Shown here piece by piece: positions 47,390-63,100 of a DNA stretch of 64,000 nucleotides. Location of the stretch: assembly GCF_009914755.1 (NCBI RefSeq), contig NC_060926.1; one strand, 5' to 3'. The notes under the pieces were generated by a model. That model saw nothing but the letters and a program-made list of their open reading frames with translations, searched no databases and was not told where the DNA came from. This DNA comes from the human T2T-CHM13v2.0 reference genome, Homo sapiens. Made by a program: the position numbers and the translations under genes. The first letter of the stretch is position 1, and each line of letters begins with the position of its first letter.

Positions 47390-47705
47390 TTGAGATACAA
47401 TGAGACCTAAGGAAAAACCTCCTATGAGACTTTTAAGGAAGTTTTGCTCCCTAATAAGTACTTAAAGAAGCATTCCCTGCTCTTCTTTGGCCAGATGTTG
47501 GTATCTAAAATTGGGGCAGCCCTCTGCTGACATGCAGAGGAGCTTTAAAGTAAGCAAGTCTTATGTTCTTGATGAAACTGAACTGCTGAACCAACCCTGT
47601 AACTCTCTGGCTCTGAGCTTCTCATTCTGTGAAATAACAAACTGCTTATTATTTAAGTCACTTTTAGTTAGGTATTGTTACTTGTAGCCAAAAATATCCT
47701 GAAAC
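47390..47705 (+). mobile_element. MLT1K/L-like LTR fragment
   Basis: 3' end TTTAAGTCACTTTTAGTTAGGTATTGTTACTTGTAGCCAAAA. Confidence 0.5.
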
Positions 47706-49374
47706 ATTCTTGACTCTGTTAATCACTACATTTCTGAATAGTGGGCTGCAAAGAAATTAGGATTATGAAACCTAGACCTGCCAAGAATACTACATACTGG
47801 TTTCCAGTAGTTCAATTGATTCCTTAAAAAATGTAAAAAGCATTTTACAATTTATCAAACATCTTAAATAATTACCTACGCCAATACTCAGAAGAACTGT
47901 GAATCAGGCAATCTTGTGGTGGTTATTTTACAAATATAACTTTTTTTTAATTTAGAGTACTCCAAAACAGGCCTTCCAATTCCATAGCCCAATCTTGCTC
48001 TACCATATCATGTTACTTCTCATAATATCAAATTAAATTTACTGATAAGCAATGTAATCAACAAAAAAATTATAGTATTCTTTCAGCACTTGAACAATTA
48101 CTTGACATTATACAACTCTATGAGTAATGTGACGAGAATGAATAATAAAATACCAAAACAGCTGCTACATGTTAAGTTCAAACTGGACAAGCAGAGTAGC
48201 CAGAAGAAATCTAGCACTTCATAGTAGCGCTACTGAAGCACTTACTATAATATTTCCCTCCACAGTTTCTGGGGCTGTATCTTTTTTTCATTCATCTTTA
48301 TACCTGAAACTATGTTTGATATATCTAGTAAGTGAACATTAAATGTTTGCTAAGTGAAGGATATCAAAGATGTAGACTTGCACTAACACTTTATTAGCTG
48401 TTCTAGAATCTCCAGAACAGCAACAAAAAAAGGTTACAATAAATCAGCTTAGGTAAACAAAGGTAAACACTGTTCATAAATTTTGAGTTTCCTTTATTTA
48501 TGAAAATGTTTACTTATTGAAAGTAACAACCTGACATATAAGTCTCTACTCAGATATGTAACAAGAATTTTGAAGCATAAAAGATCTCTTTTACAATCAA
48601 TAGCAGTTTCCTTTCTGGTAGCTCTCCTATTTGTGCCTAACACACTGGGGGTTTTCTAAACACTTATCCACAGGACTTGCAAAGGTCTCCCTAGTCCTAG
48701 ATGACTAATATAACTTAGCTCCATTGCACCTCTGCATTAAGTGACAGATACCACAACAGGGATTAGATTTACAAAGATGAAAAAAAAAATGCATCCACTG
48801 CCCTCGAGGAGCCAACAGTTTAGGAGGGCAGGCAATTAAACATAATGAAATATGGAATGTACTACAGTGAAAGTTACTTACAAATGGCCATTAACTGCCT
48901 GGGAGAGTTGGGAACATTTTCACACAATGCCACTGTGGATCTTGACGTTTGCCAGACAGAGAAAGGGGAGAGACATTGCCAACAGAAGAAAGAGTACAAA
49001 GGCATCAATAAGTGAAAAAGGATAAGGAATCTGAGAAAGCAGCAGTTTGAACCAGTTACAGCATAAGGATGGCTAGAAATAAGGGTCAGAGCCCGACTGT
49101 CATGCAAAACAGTTTAGATTTTTAATTCTCAAAGACGTAGCCTTGACTTTCAAATGAAAGCATTGACATAAGATTTCCTCATCCAAAGAAAAACTCTCAT
49201 GGCAATAGGTAAGGCAGAATGAAGGAAGAAACCACAGGCAAAAAGAAAAAAGTATTATGTGGGCTATCAAAATAGCCCACCTGAGAAATAAATGGTAGCA
49301 CAATGATGTCAATGGCAATGGGGATGAAGAAGTAGCAGATTCAAGTGGCATTTGGGGGATCTAAATGAAAAGAC

Positions 49375-49935
49375 ACGTTTGCTATATAACATGATATTTA
49401 TGTCCCTGAAAAAAACCTCGTGTTCTTAAAACCACCCATTAAAAATAACATGGCTTAAGGAAAATTCAGTCCGGAACAGACACTTAAAACCTATGCAACT
49501 CTGTAACCACAGTACTACAAAAACAATACAAATCCTAGTAAAAATATTAACAAAGCTGTGCTGAATAATAAACATAATAAAATACTTTTAAAGGTACAGA
49601 CGAAAGTAACAGAAAAAGATGTAAGGATTATTTGAAGCAAAGTTATTAAAACAAGGAAAAATGCATAAAGATCTAGAAGAGTTGTGCAATAAATTGTTCC
49701 AACACAGATAAATAGCCAATATGAGTCAAGAGGAAGGATGTGAACTAAACGGACAGTATACAGTACCGTATTCTGTAGCTTGCTGCTTTCAGCTGTGTTC
49801 CTATATTTTGAATTCATCTACCACCACTTGGTGACACAAAACATAAATATGCTGGGAATATTATGTTTCCCTGTTTACTGACAGAATATAAGTCAATTTG
49901 TGTTACAGAAATAAACAATATATGAAGTGCCACTG
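49375..49935. mobile_element. Ancient Tigger12-like element within L2 remnants (about 48730-51560)
   Basis: CCTGAAAAAAACCTCGTGTTC...AAAACCTATGCAACTCTGTAACC resembles the remembered consensus. Confidence 0.45.
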
Positions 49936-50336
49936 AAAACTGCCTTAAGACTTAGAAGTGAAGAGAGTAAAAAAGTATGACTGTACAAGGTTTCCAGGTA
50001 AAAGTGCATGGATAGACACTGTTTCCATTAAGAAAAAAACAGAGAATAATGAAGCATCAACATGAAGATAAATGAATGTGGTTTTGGTTACATTTAGTTG
50101 AGTTTGAGGTGTCTTAGAAACAACCTTATTTAAATAGTATCCAGTAAGCAGAACTATGGACTGGAGAAGAGAACGATGTGGCCTGAAAAATACGAATGAA
50201 TCATCAGTACACAAGAAATAGATGAAACTTTGGGGTGGGGGGAAAAAACAAGGAATTTGTGCATTCACTCAAGAAATATTTAATGAATTTCTATAATGTG
50301 TAGGGTCCTATGCTGGCAGCGGCAGTATATAAAAGT

Positions 50337-50996
50337 TGTTAAATTAGCCTAAATTTGGCCTCAGGATGCCTCTGCATTTGAGTCCTTACATAATCACTGC
50401 CTAGCTCAGTAAACCAAATGAAAACCTAAGAGTACACAGATGGTCGCTAACTTAAAGCGGTTGATTTTCAACTTTATGATGGTACCCATAAAACCATTGT
50501 TTTTCACTTTCAGTACAGTTTTCAATAAATTATGTAAGTATTACAAAACAGGCTTTGTGTTATCTATTTTACCAACTGTAGGCTAATGTAAGTGTTCTAA
50601 GCACATTTAAGGTAGGCTAGACTAAGATGTACATTAGGTGTATTCAACGCATTTTCAACTTACAATGGGTTTATCGGGATGTAACCCCAACGTAAGTCAA
50701 GGAGCATTTGTAATTTTATAACACAACTGAGTCTCAGCCAATTACAGCAGCTGAGCTTCAGTCAATCGCAGGCAACCAATGACTCAAATAAGACAAACGA
50801 CCTGTAACCAATTAAGCTCTGTACCTCACTTCTGTCTTATACTTCACTTCTATTTTCTACCTATAAATACTACTAGACCACGTTGCTTGTTGGAGTTCTT
50901 AGATCTGTTCTGATTCTGAGAGCTATCCCATACGCAGAGTTTTCTTTCTCAAACTCTGCTAAATTGAACTTGTATGAAGATTTTTTCCTTTTAACA
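50337..50996 (+). mobile_element. MER57-family (ERV1) solo LTR
   Basis: TGTTAAATT...TTTTAACA termini; CTGTAACCAAT...CTGTACCTCACTTC. Confidence 0.8.
50437..50710 (-). mobile_element. MER47A (Tigger5 derivative) nested in the MER57 LTR
   Basis: CAACTGTAGGCTAATGTAAGTGTTCT...GGGTTTATCGGGATGTAACCCC; CAGATG/CATTTG termini. Confidence 0.82.
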
Positions 50997-51641
50997 GATG
51001 AAAAACAAAACAGACAAGATGCCCATTCTCACAGAGTTCACATTAAATCATGGGGAGACAGAAAGCGACCAAACATCTCAAAACTAATCAATTATGTGCT
51101 ACAAAGGAAACATTAAAGGTACTAAAAGAGTGTAACATAGAACATGACCTGACCTGCTCTGGGAGTGTATGGCTCCCCCTTAGTTAACTGAGGGACTTTT
51201 GAGGCATTCCAGTAGCATATGCAAAGGTTCAGATGGTGGAATAAACATAGCAAACGATACTGGGTGAATGACACAAGGCCAAGTGGCTAGAGCACAGAAA
51301 ACAAGTAGGAACATGGTGGAAGGGACAGAAGTAAGCAGATGAAGAATTCATGGAGTCTTTTAGGCTATGTTGAAGATTTCAGTCTTTATAATGCCGGAAT
51401 TTTAAACGGGAAAGTAATACAATCATATTTGAGAGAGTCTTGGACCAAACCTACATCAAAGGCTGGAAACAGACTAAAAATGGTCAGAGAGGTAGAAATA
51501 GCAACTAGCAATAGTAGAAAAGGTCGCAGAAGCCAAAAGAGGAGAATTTCAAGAGTTCCCGACAAGGTCCAACATTACAAAGAAGAAAAATGTTAAACCA
51601 AATGCATTTAATGAATACCTATGGGATCTCTAGACGCTCTA

Positions 51642-51943
51642 CAGTGGTCCCTCAGTATCCACTGGGAACTGGTCCCATTTCCCCACCCCCACCTCTTAGA
51701 AACCAAACTCCACAGATGCTCAAGTCCCTGATATAAAATGGCATAGTATTTGAATGTAACCTATGCACACATCCTCCTGTATACTTTAAATCACCTCTGG
51801 ATTACTTGCAATATCTAATACAATGTAAATAGTATTTATACTAAATTTTTATTTGTATTATTTTTCATTGTTATTTTTTATTTTTTTTCCCCAAGTATTT
51901 TCAATCCATGGACCCAGAACTCATGGGCATGGAAGGCCAACTG
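51642..51943. mobile_element. MER2 (Tigger-family) within a MIR
   Basis: TA-CAGTGGTCCCTCAGTATCC...GATGCTCAAGTCCCTGATATAAAATGG...CAACTG-TA. Confidence 0.82.
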
Positions 51944-52130
51944 TATATGTCACAATTTAAGGTGTTGTTATTCCCACTTTATATACATATGTACTGCACT
52001 AAATAAGGTCTAGAGAGCTTATGATATTTGTTCAAGGTCACATTGCTAATAAATGGCAGAGCCAGAATCTAAATTCAGATCTTCCCAACTCCAAATCTCA
52101 TGCTGGTAATTAGAAGATTACTGACAATGT

Positions 52131-52681
<551 letters not shown>

Positions 52682-52709
52682 AACTGTGGTGGACTGAAAA
52701 ACAAGAAAT

Positions 52710-53010
52710 GCACCAGGCGCGGTGGCTCACGCGTGTAATACCAGCAATTTGGGAGGCTGAAGCAAGCGGATCATGAGGTCAGGAGTTTGAGACTAGCCTG
52801 ATCAACATGGTGAAACCCTGTCTCTACTAAAAATACAAAAATTAGCTGGGTGTGGTGGTGCGCACCCGCAATCACAGCTACTCGAAAGCTGAGGCAGGGG
52901 AATTGCTTGAACCCAGGAGGCTGAAGTAGCGGTGAGCCAAGATTGCGCCACTGCACTCTAGCCTGGACAACAGAGCAAGACTCCGTCTAAAAAAAAAAAA
53001 AAGAAAAGAA
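52710..53010 (+). mobile_element. AluS
   Basis: TSD GAAAAACAAGAAATG. Confidence 0.9.
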
Positions 53011-55627
53011 AAACAAGAAATGTACGAACAGACGTTAACAGTCCAGAAGCAAGGTAAAAGCAGCGTGACTGCCAGACAGCAAGATACAGCTGAAGTATTC
53101 CTCTGATTATAAGTTCACTCTTTACTTGAGAAAGAGTATAAGTTAGTTTATAATTCATGAAATTCTATTTGTTAGGGAACACAGGTGCACCATGAACAAA
53201 TATGTAAGTACAGATTTATCTTATTGCCCATTATCACGTGTTTTTCCTGAGATTCCAATTTTTATTAAAGATTGCCTTACAAGAAATACTAGACAATGCC
53301 AGCATACTGCATGCCTAAAATAGGGGCTTGCTTATGGCATTACACTCAGGAGGATATGAAAGAAAATCATCCCTGAATCTAGACAGATTAAAAATAAAAT
53401 ACTAATGGATAGCGCTAGTAAGGGCCAAGGGTAACATCCTTTCTGTAGGCTGCTATGCTTCATTCTATTGTAACTAGGTTTTAAAATGCATACCTAATTC
53501 TAACATAAAAATAAAAATGAATACTCTGTGTTCTTTAGAAAAAGAGCTGGTCAACGCACCAGTGATTTTACCAACACCAGAAAAACAAGTCAATGTAACA
53601 TCTCATCTACAGGAATGTTTTTTTGGGATACCAACAGGGCTACCAATTTGGCCCTCTTTTTACTACTTACAAGAAATATTTAAAAAACAAAACAAAACTC
53701 TATGAGGAAGAACAGTATAGGAATCTATGAATTGTTTAAATTATTAGTGCTAAATTTCAAAAGATTTCCTACAGAAATCTTCAAACATTTTAAATATTTC
53801 ATAGTACAAGACTATAAAATCCAAAGACAAACCCAGGAATACATTTATCAAAATGTTATTCCTGCGCCAGACCTATAAATTAGTCAGAATTATACTGTCA
53901 ATTCACAAACACTGAGGAGATGTTGACCATAAGTTTCCTTTATTATGGAGTCTATGGAGAAAATTCAGAAAGGGAAGAAAAGATGAGGGCTACTGGAGAA
54001 AAGGCTTACTTGGAAGGGTAAAAATGAGGAATAAATTTTAAACAATCAAGCTTGAGTTAAAAAAGACGCTTTATCCATTATACTTCAGAAGCTATTTTCT
54101 CTTTTAATAATTTGTTATCCATGTTATGTTTAATAAGATATTAGGTAGAAATAAGTACAAAAAAAAGTTCTAGTAAAATGTTATTTTCCCCAGAGTAATT
54201 TCTTAAGAACATGGTCATAGTTCAGACCCTCGTTAAAGTAACAACCTCTATCACTATAAAATTGTTACCTAATTAGATTTATCAATTATTTCTGACTCAT
54301 TGTTTACATTTAAAATACCATTAAAACTTTGGACTAAAACTGATTGTAATGAGTAAACTATGAGTTTACTTATAGTTTGTAATAAGTAGCGTATCATTAA
54401 AACTTTTACGATCAATCTTTTTAATAAGAACTAAATTATAATAAAATCCATATGTTGCCACAGGCGGGAAAAAAAAGGAAGGAAAAAAACCCCACACAAA
54501 AAACTCTTCGAAGAATATATAAACAAGAAACTTAATACTGGGGGAGGGGTGGCCAGGGAAGACTTACTTTCCATTTTAGATCTTTCAATATCATTTGAAT
54601 TTTTAAGTGACTACATTAATGTAGTGTCTTTAGAACTTTAGGGAAAAAAAATTAACATACGGATCTAAAACATGTTTCCCCTTCCTTAAAAGCTGAACTC
54701 AAAAAATGATTCCTTTTAGACCTATGTAAATTGATCAGAAGAACAAATCTGAGTTAATAAAGCAAAGACTGCCAAAGTATTAAGCTCTTTTCTGGTTAAA
54801 ACCCCTGTTTTCTAGATTTATTTCCTAGGTCACTGACCAACTGCTGCCTTCTCCTAGGTCCTAGCTACCATTTAGTTATATTTATTTATTACCTTGTTAA
54901 CTGCCTAACAATTCCCCAAACTGGATAACACAATCCTCTTCCACAGCCCTCACCCCTCAAAACCACCCCAGTTCCCTCAGGCTCAATGTCAACCTCAGCA
55001 AATTAACTTGCCTCAAATTATCCTGAGATACTAAGATGATTTAGGCCACCTGCTATGAACTCCATTATTAAAACATATCTGTTGCCATGGCCTATTTCTC
55101 TTCACTCTGATTTTTTCTCTCTCTTTTAATGTCTATCCTTTCCTTTTATCCTCTTCTTTTTAACTTTTCTAGAGCTCATTCCATTAATCACGCTCTTACA
55201 GCTCCCTCTCCTGGCTTTTCTAATTCTCAAGAATATCCCCATCTTTCTCTTACCAAAAAAGAACTTACTCCAACTGTAAACCACTGAAGTTAATTATCCT
55301 TTGTCTTTCTTTCATAAATGTCTCAAAAAAAAAAGAAACTGACACTCACTGCCTTCAATGTCCGATAAGCACCTTTTCCTTTATTCCACTTCACATACTC
55401 CTTCAAATAGTACTTAACATCTACCATATACCAAGTATCTGGAATATAAGAACGAAAAGACAAAGACAAGGCTTCTGCATTCACAGAGTTTACTTTCCCC
55501 TGCAATCTTATGTTTGTCACCTAGGACATGACTGAAGTTAGTCTTAAAAATTATCAATATTCTTCTAATGACCATTCCATCAGTATTTTCTTAATCTTCA
55601 TCTTTACAACTATCCAATCAGCTATTA

Positions 55628-55945
<318 letters not shown>

Positions 55946-56630
55946 TCAGTTTATTTTCCAAGTACATTATCACATTTGTTAAATAATTACAGTATAATGT
56001 CTCAAGCCTATCAAATTAACTATCTAAAACCAAGCTCACCTTCTTCTAACACTACTTTTCACCAGCAACTCACTCTTACTTTCCTGGTTTTATTTGTAAT
56101 GTGCTATCTTTATATCTAATCACTAGGTTGGGTCATCCTTCATGACTGTTTCCTCATCATCAGTTTCTAACTCTTTTCAACTCTATATTTAAAATGCCTC
56201 CATTTTTATTTGCTTTCAAATCCTTATAACTTCATACTTGTAATACTATAAAGCAGTATTCCTTTGTGGAACTCACCTCATCTAGTTTCCACCCTTTCCA
56301 AGTCACCCAGCATCTTATTTCCAGATTAATCAATGGTTCCCCAATGGGACCAAACTGAACTCAAAACAGTTAAACCATTTACAACTTAACACATGACTTC
56401 CTTTCCAGCCTAAACTCTTATATGACCTACATAATAGTTTTCATCTTTTTCTCCTTCTCTTTCATGTTAAAAGGATGAGAAAAATTCCCCTTCTTGTCTA
56501 AGGAGAGTCATAAACTCCCTTCTACCTCCTTGGAGACATTAAGTTGTCAATAATCCTGTCTTTTCTCTTTGAAAAGATTCAAAAGATAATCTCTCCCTTT
56601 TTACCCTTTTTACTGACTTTTTCTTTCTTT

Positions 56631-56935
56631 CTTTTTTTTTTTTTTTTTTTTTTTTTGAGACAGAGTCTTGCTCTGTCGTCCAAGCTGGAGTGCACTGGTA
56701 CAATCTCAGCTCCCTGCAACCTCCGCCTCCCGGGTTCAAGTGATTCTCCTGCCTCAGCCTCCTAAGTAGCTGGCATTACAGGCACGCGTCACCAAACCCG
56801 GCTAATTTTTGTATTTTTAGTAGAGACAGGGTTTCACCATATTGGTCGGGCTGGTCTCTAACTCCCGACCTCATGATCCGCCCGCCTCAGCCTCCCAAAG
56901 TGCTGGGATTACAGGAGTGAGCCACCGTGCCCGGC
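56631..56935 (-). mobile_element. AluS with T26 tail
   Basis: TSD CTGACTTTTTCTTTC. Confidence 0.92.
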
Positions 56936-57039
56936 TCTGACTTTTTCTTTCAACCCCAAGATAAATCCTTCCTCAAAACTAAATTCTCTAGCTTTCACCC
57001 TCTCTGCTACTCAAAGCTTTAAAAAGCAATCTAAATTCA

Positions 57040-59590
<2,551 letters not shown>

Positions 59591-61409
59591 TGAATCCCTG
59601 TTGCTTGCCCCAGACTCCAGGCCCACTGTCTGACTTAATATCCTCCTGGCCCAAGGTGACTTCCTTATACTGCCTTACTACCTATAACAGTTGCCTGATC
59701 CTTCCATACTTGTCTGTCCCTCTCATTGCTGACTGACCCTTAGTCAGCTTCTTTACTTTATACCTTGAACCATTTTAATTTTCTCATTCACTATGGGACA
59801 AAATGAGTGGATAAATTTTCTCAGGACAGATGTGAATTTTAATTCCGCTGGTCATAAGACAGGTTTTTTTTTTTCTAAAAAGTGGCCTTTGCCACAGAAT
59901 CTGAACTAGAATATGTTGTGTAAAACTCTACATACAGTTATAGACGGCAATAAATTTGTTTTAAGTTCTAGATGCAGATCATGGAGATAAAAAAAAATTT
60001 AAAAGTTTAAAAGCACAAAGACATGAAAAGGCCTTTATAAAATTTAAAGTTCCCTTAAGAAACAAAACGTAAAACAATTACCTTTATATTATGTTCATTT
60101 AAGTATCCAGAACAAAATCCGTATTATCTATTTCAACAAAAACATATATAAAACACCTCGTTCAGGGGAAATTCCTAGGAGCTCACTATTTACAAGATTT
60201 TTTTTTTTAACATATAACCTTCATTCTCCCTGGACGCTTAACAATTTAAAACTCAAATAAGGGTGAAGGGAGGGAAAGACTTTAACTTTCAGGAAAAAAA
60301 AAAATAAACTACGTTTAAGGCACCAACTAAAATTAATACCTGTCAGAAAAGATCCTTGAGAGTACATTTAAATCTTATAAGCCTTTTTACTTTCCATACT
60401 TGAATTAACTAGTGATATTTCATACTGTAAATGCTGTTGACAGAATGTAAATAATAAGAGTTCTAAGAGAGATTTTCCAAAGGGTGTGAAAGTTTTCAGA
60501 ATTGTATGTTCAATTAACCAGAAAAATTAACCAGATCACTCCAAAGCCTGATTTATTTGGGTTAATCGACATCCCATATGGCAAAGTTGAGTTATGGGTA
60601 TGGTCTTGATACTTTCAAACCAGTACTGTATTCAGCAGACCAAAATAACCCTAAAGTTGGAAAGCCACTGCCAACATTATGTAGGTCCTGAAATGGTATT
60701 GGGAGGATGAAAGAGGAAAAAAAAAAACCCAACAGTTGAATTAGGAAATAAATACTGAAAAGGGAGCTGGGAAGAAAAGGAACATAATGACCTGGCAGGA
60801 AACAACATCGTCTGATACACCGTAAAATATTTTAAAAGACAAGAAAACAGAGTTAACAGGAAAATAAGAAATTGAAGAGCTAAAAGAGAACTTCCCAGTT
60901 TCAGTCTGTTGTTCAAAAAACAGAGGACGGGGTGCACCGCAAGAGAGTTACTATTTGGAAACCATACCACTTCGCTGTATAATATATAAACAACAAAAGG
61001 CTAGATCATTGTTCCTCAAATGTGCTGTTTATAAAGCTAAGTAAAAACATTCCCTGCAATGAACAAAGATCTTCAAGATCCTGACCTTCAAGTAAAGCAT
61101 GTGCATAAGGAAATTCTATTAAAGCACTGAAATGCAATTCTTCACTTCAAAAGACTATGCCAACAAAAAGATTATATGATGAATGGCTATGATCTTCCTA
61201 AATTGTTTTGTGACTTTCAGGTGCCAAAGTTGCCTCTCTGAGCTGCCTCGCAAGTTGGCAAGGAAAAACTTTCTCTACACATCAAAATCGGCAATCATTT
61301 AAGTCTGCTCTTAATCTGGGTTTTAAGTGCACCAGTAAGCACTTACTCATTTGCCCTATATTTTAAATAAAAGCTGACTTACCTGAATATTCTAATTTCA
61401 CGTTCTTCC

Positions 61410-61441
61410 CTTAAAATCGATTTCACCAAATCGATTTTAAG
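61410..61441. repeat. Perfect 14-bp inverted repeat with 4-nt loop
   Basis: CTTAAAATCGATTT-CACC-AAATCGATTTTAAG. Confidence 0.95.
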
Positions 61442-62688
61442 TTGTAAGCAACAGCATTCCTCCCTTCAGTAATCCACCACGTACACTGAAGCACTTAAAT
61501 TCTACATACAGGGTGGGATACCATACAGTGGAAAAGATGCGAGAAATTACCCACCGTCAACCAGTTTAAGTCTTCTGACAACTGTTCAAAGACTTTTAGA
61601 GAAAGCCTAATAACTGAATCGCATGATGGAGTATCTGATATACGCGGAATAGCACTCTGAACTTTCTCTACTGTGTATACAACTCTTGATTACAAAGAGG
61701 AAACTAACGACTAGGGCTTCCCCGAGCGAGAGAACCGGTAAGGTAACAGGCTAAAAGGGCGTCGTTGATTTCTTGGCTGCAGCGACAGAGGCGGGAGACA
61801 CACCCCTAGCGTCGGTCTGAAACACTACAGCAGCGAATTCTACCTAGGGATTAATGTGAGGGTAAGGAAAGACAAATTAAAATCGCCATGATTCAAAAAC
61901 AACCACTCCAAGAGAGAGACACAAGAAGGTACCAAAGAAAATGAAAAAACCCTTGGTAGTAACGGAAGCATGAAAAATTAAGCGCCCCCATTTCTCCCAA
62001 ACCAAGTTCGCGTATGTTTTCGTGAACAAACACCTTGGATCTTTCCGGTTCGCCAGGGCAGCGAGCAAAGCAGCAGCGAACGGAAACCCCGCAGGGCTGC
62101 GCACCGCAGCTAAACCGACGCTCGCAGGAGAGGGGAAGTGAGTGGCAGGGTTCCCTGCCAAGACTCACTGCTGGGAAACAGGCAGTGAGTGGAAGCAGCA
62201 GCAGCTCTGGAGAGTAAGTGGGTCTTATGTAAAGTGCCATTTGCCACATATTGTTATTTCCAAAGGATTTCAGAATACCCTCGAACTCGAAAAACAGAGT
62301 GAGTGTGGAGGGGAGGGGGGTGCTCCACGTGGAGGAGGGTCGCGAGAAGGAGAGTGCGCCGGGCTGATGGTCAGCGGTGCCCGCGGGGGTCGATGCCGGG
62401 CGGGACCGGCGGCGCGGGGGTGGGGCGACGGCGGGGCGGCGGCCGAGCAGCAGAGGGGCGCCCCGCAGAGGCCGGGGGCGGGCGCGGGGGCCCCGCCGCC
62501 GTCCTGTCAGCAGCCGCCCCGCCGCCCTCTCCGGCTCGCCCGCAACCGCCGCGGGACCCGCCGGGCCCGGGTCTCTGGAATTTTCCACGGGGGACAGCCG
62601 ACCGGGGGCGTCGGGGCTCGCCCCCGCACCCGACCCGGACGGCGGCAGTAGGGGGAGGGATGGTGCATCGAGGAAGCCAAGGTCTCAC

Positions 62689-62691
62689 CAT
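62689..62691 (-). CDS. PPP3R1: PPP3R1 coding exon 1: initiator ATG only
   Basis: Minus strand reads CCGCCGAGCAAAATG|GTGAGA. There is an A at -3, a donor at 62683-62688, and a phase-0 join to exon 2. Confidence 0.95.
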
Positions 62692-63100
62692 TTTGCTCGG
62701 CGGGTCGGCGGCTCGCTGGCTCGCTGGCTCGGAGAAGTGTTGCGCTCAGGCTGGCTCGCAGGAAACGGCGGCGGCGGCCCAGCTGCGGCCCTCGGGTCGC
62801 CGGCGGGGAGGGGGCGCGCGTGGGGGAGGGGAGGCGGCGCCGCGGGGCCCGCGCCGGCCGGGCGATTGGGCACGCGAGGGAGCGGGCAGGGTAGGGGGAA
62901 ATAAATTAAGGTCGAGATTCAGAGCCGGAGAGCGCGGGAGGAGCAGCGGCGAGAGGCAGGAGAGGCAGAGAAGAAGAAAGGAGGGGGAGAGGGGGCGAAG
63001 ACGGCCGGGAAACTCGGGGGCTGCAGCCTCGCGCTCGCGCCGGAGCCGTGACGGACTCACTGCAGCGGCTCGCGCTGACCCGCAACCTCAAGGCACGAAA
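62692..63100 (-). other. PPP3R1: PPP3R1 5' UTR (C-rich, no upstream ATG); TSS position uncertain
   Basis: No CAT on the plus strand between 62692 and 63100. An in-frame TGA lies at 62746-62748. The TSS cannot be fixed from sequence alone. Confidence 0.6.

Noticed and set aside
62692-63060. N-terminal extension or uORF in the 5' UTR
   Set aside because: No upstream ATG; the in-frame TGA at 62746-62748 blocks extension; the listed ORFs use GTG/TTG starts without support
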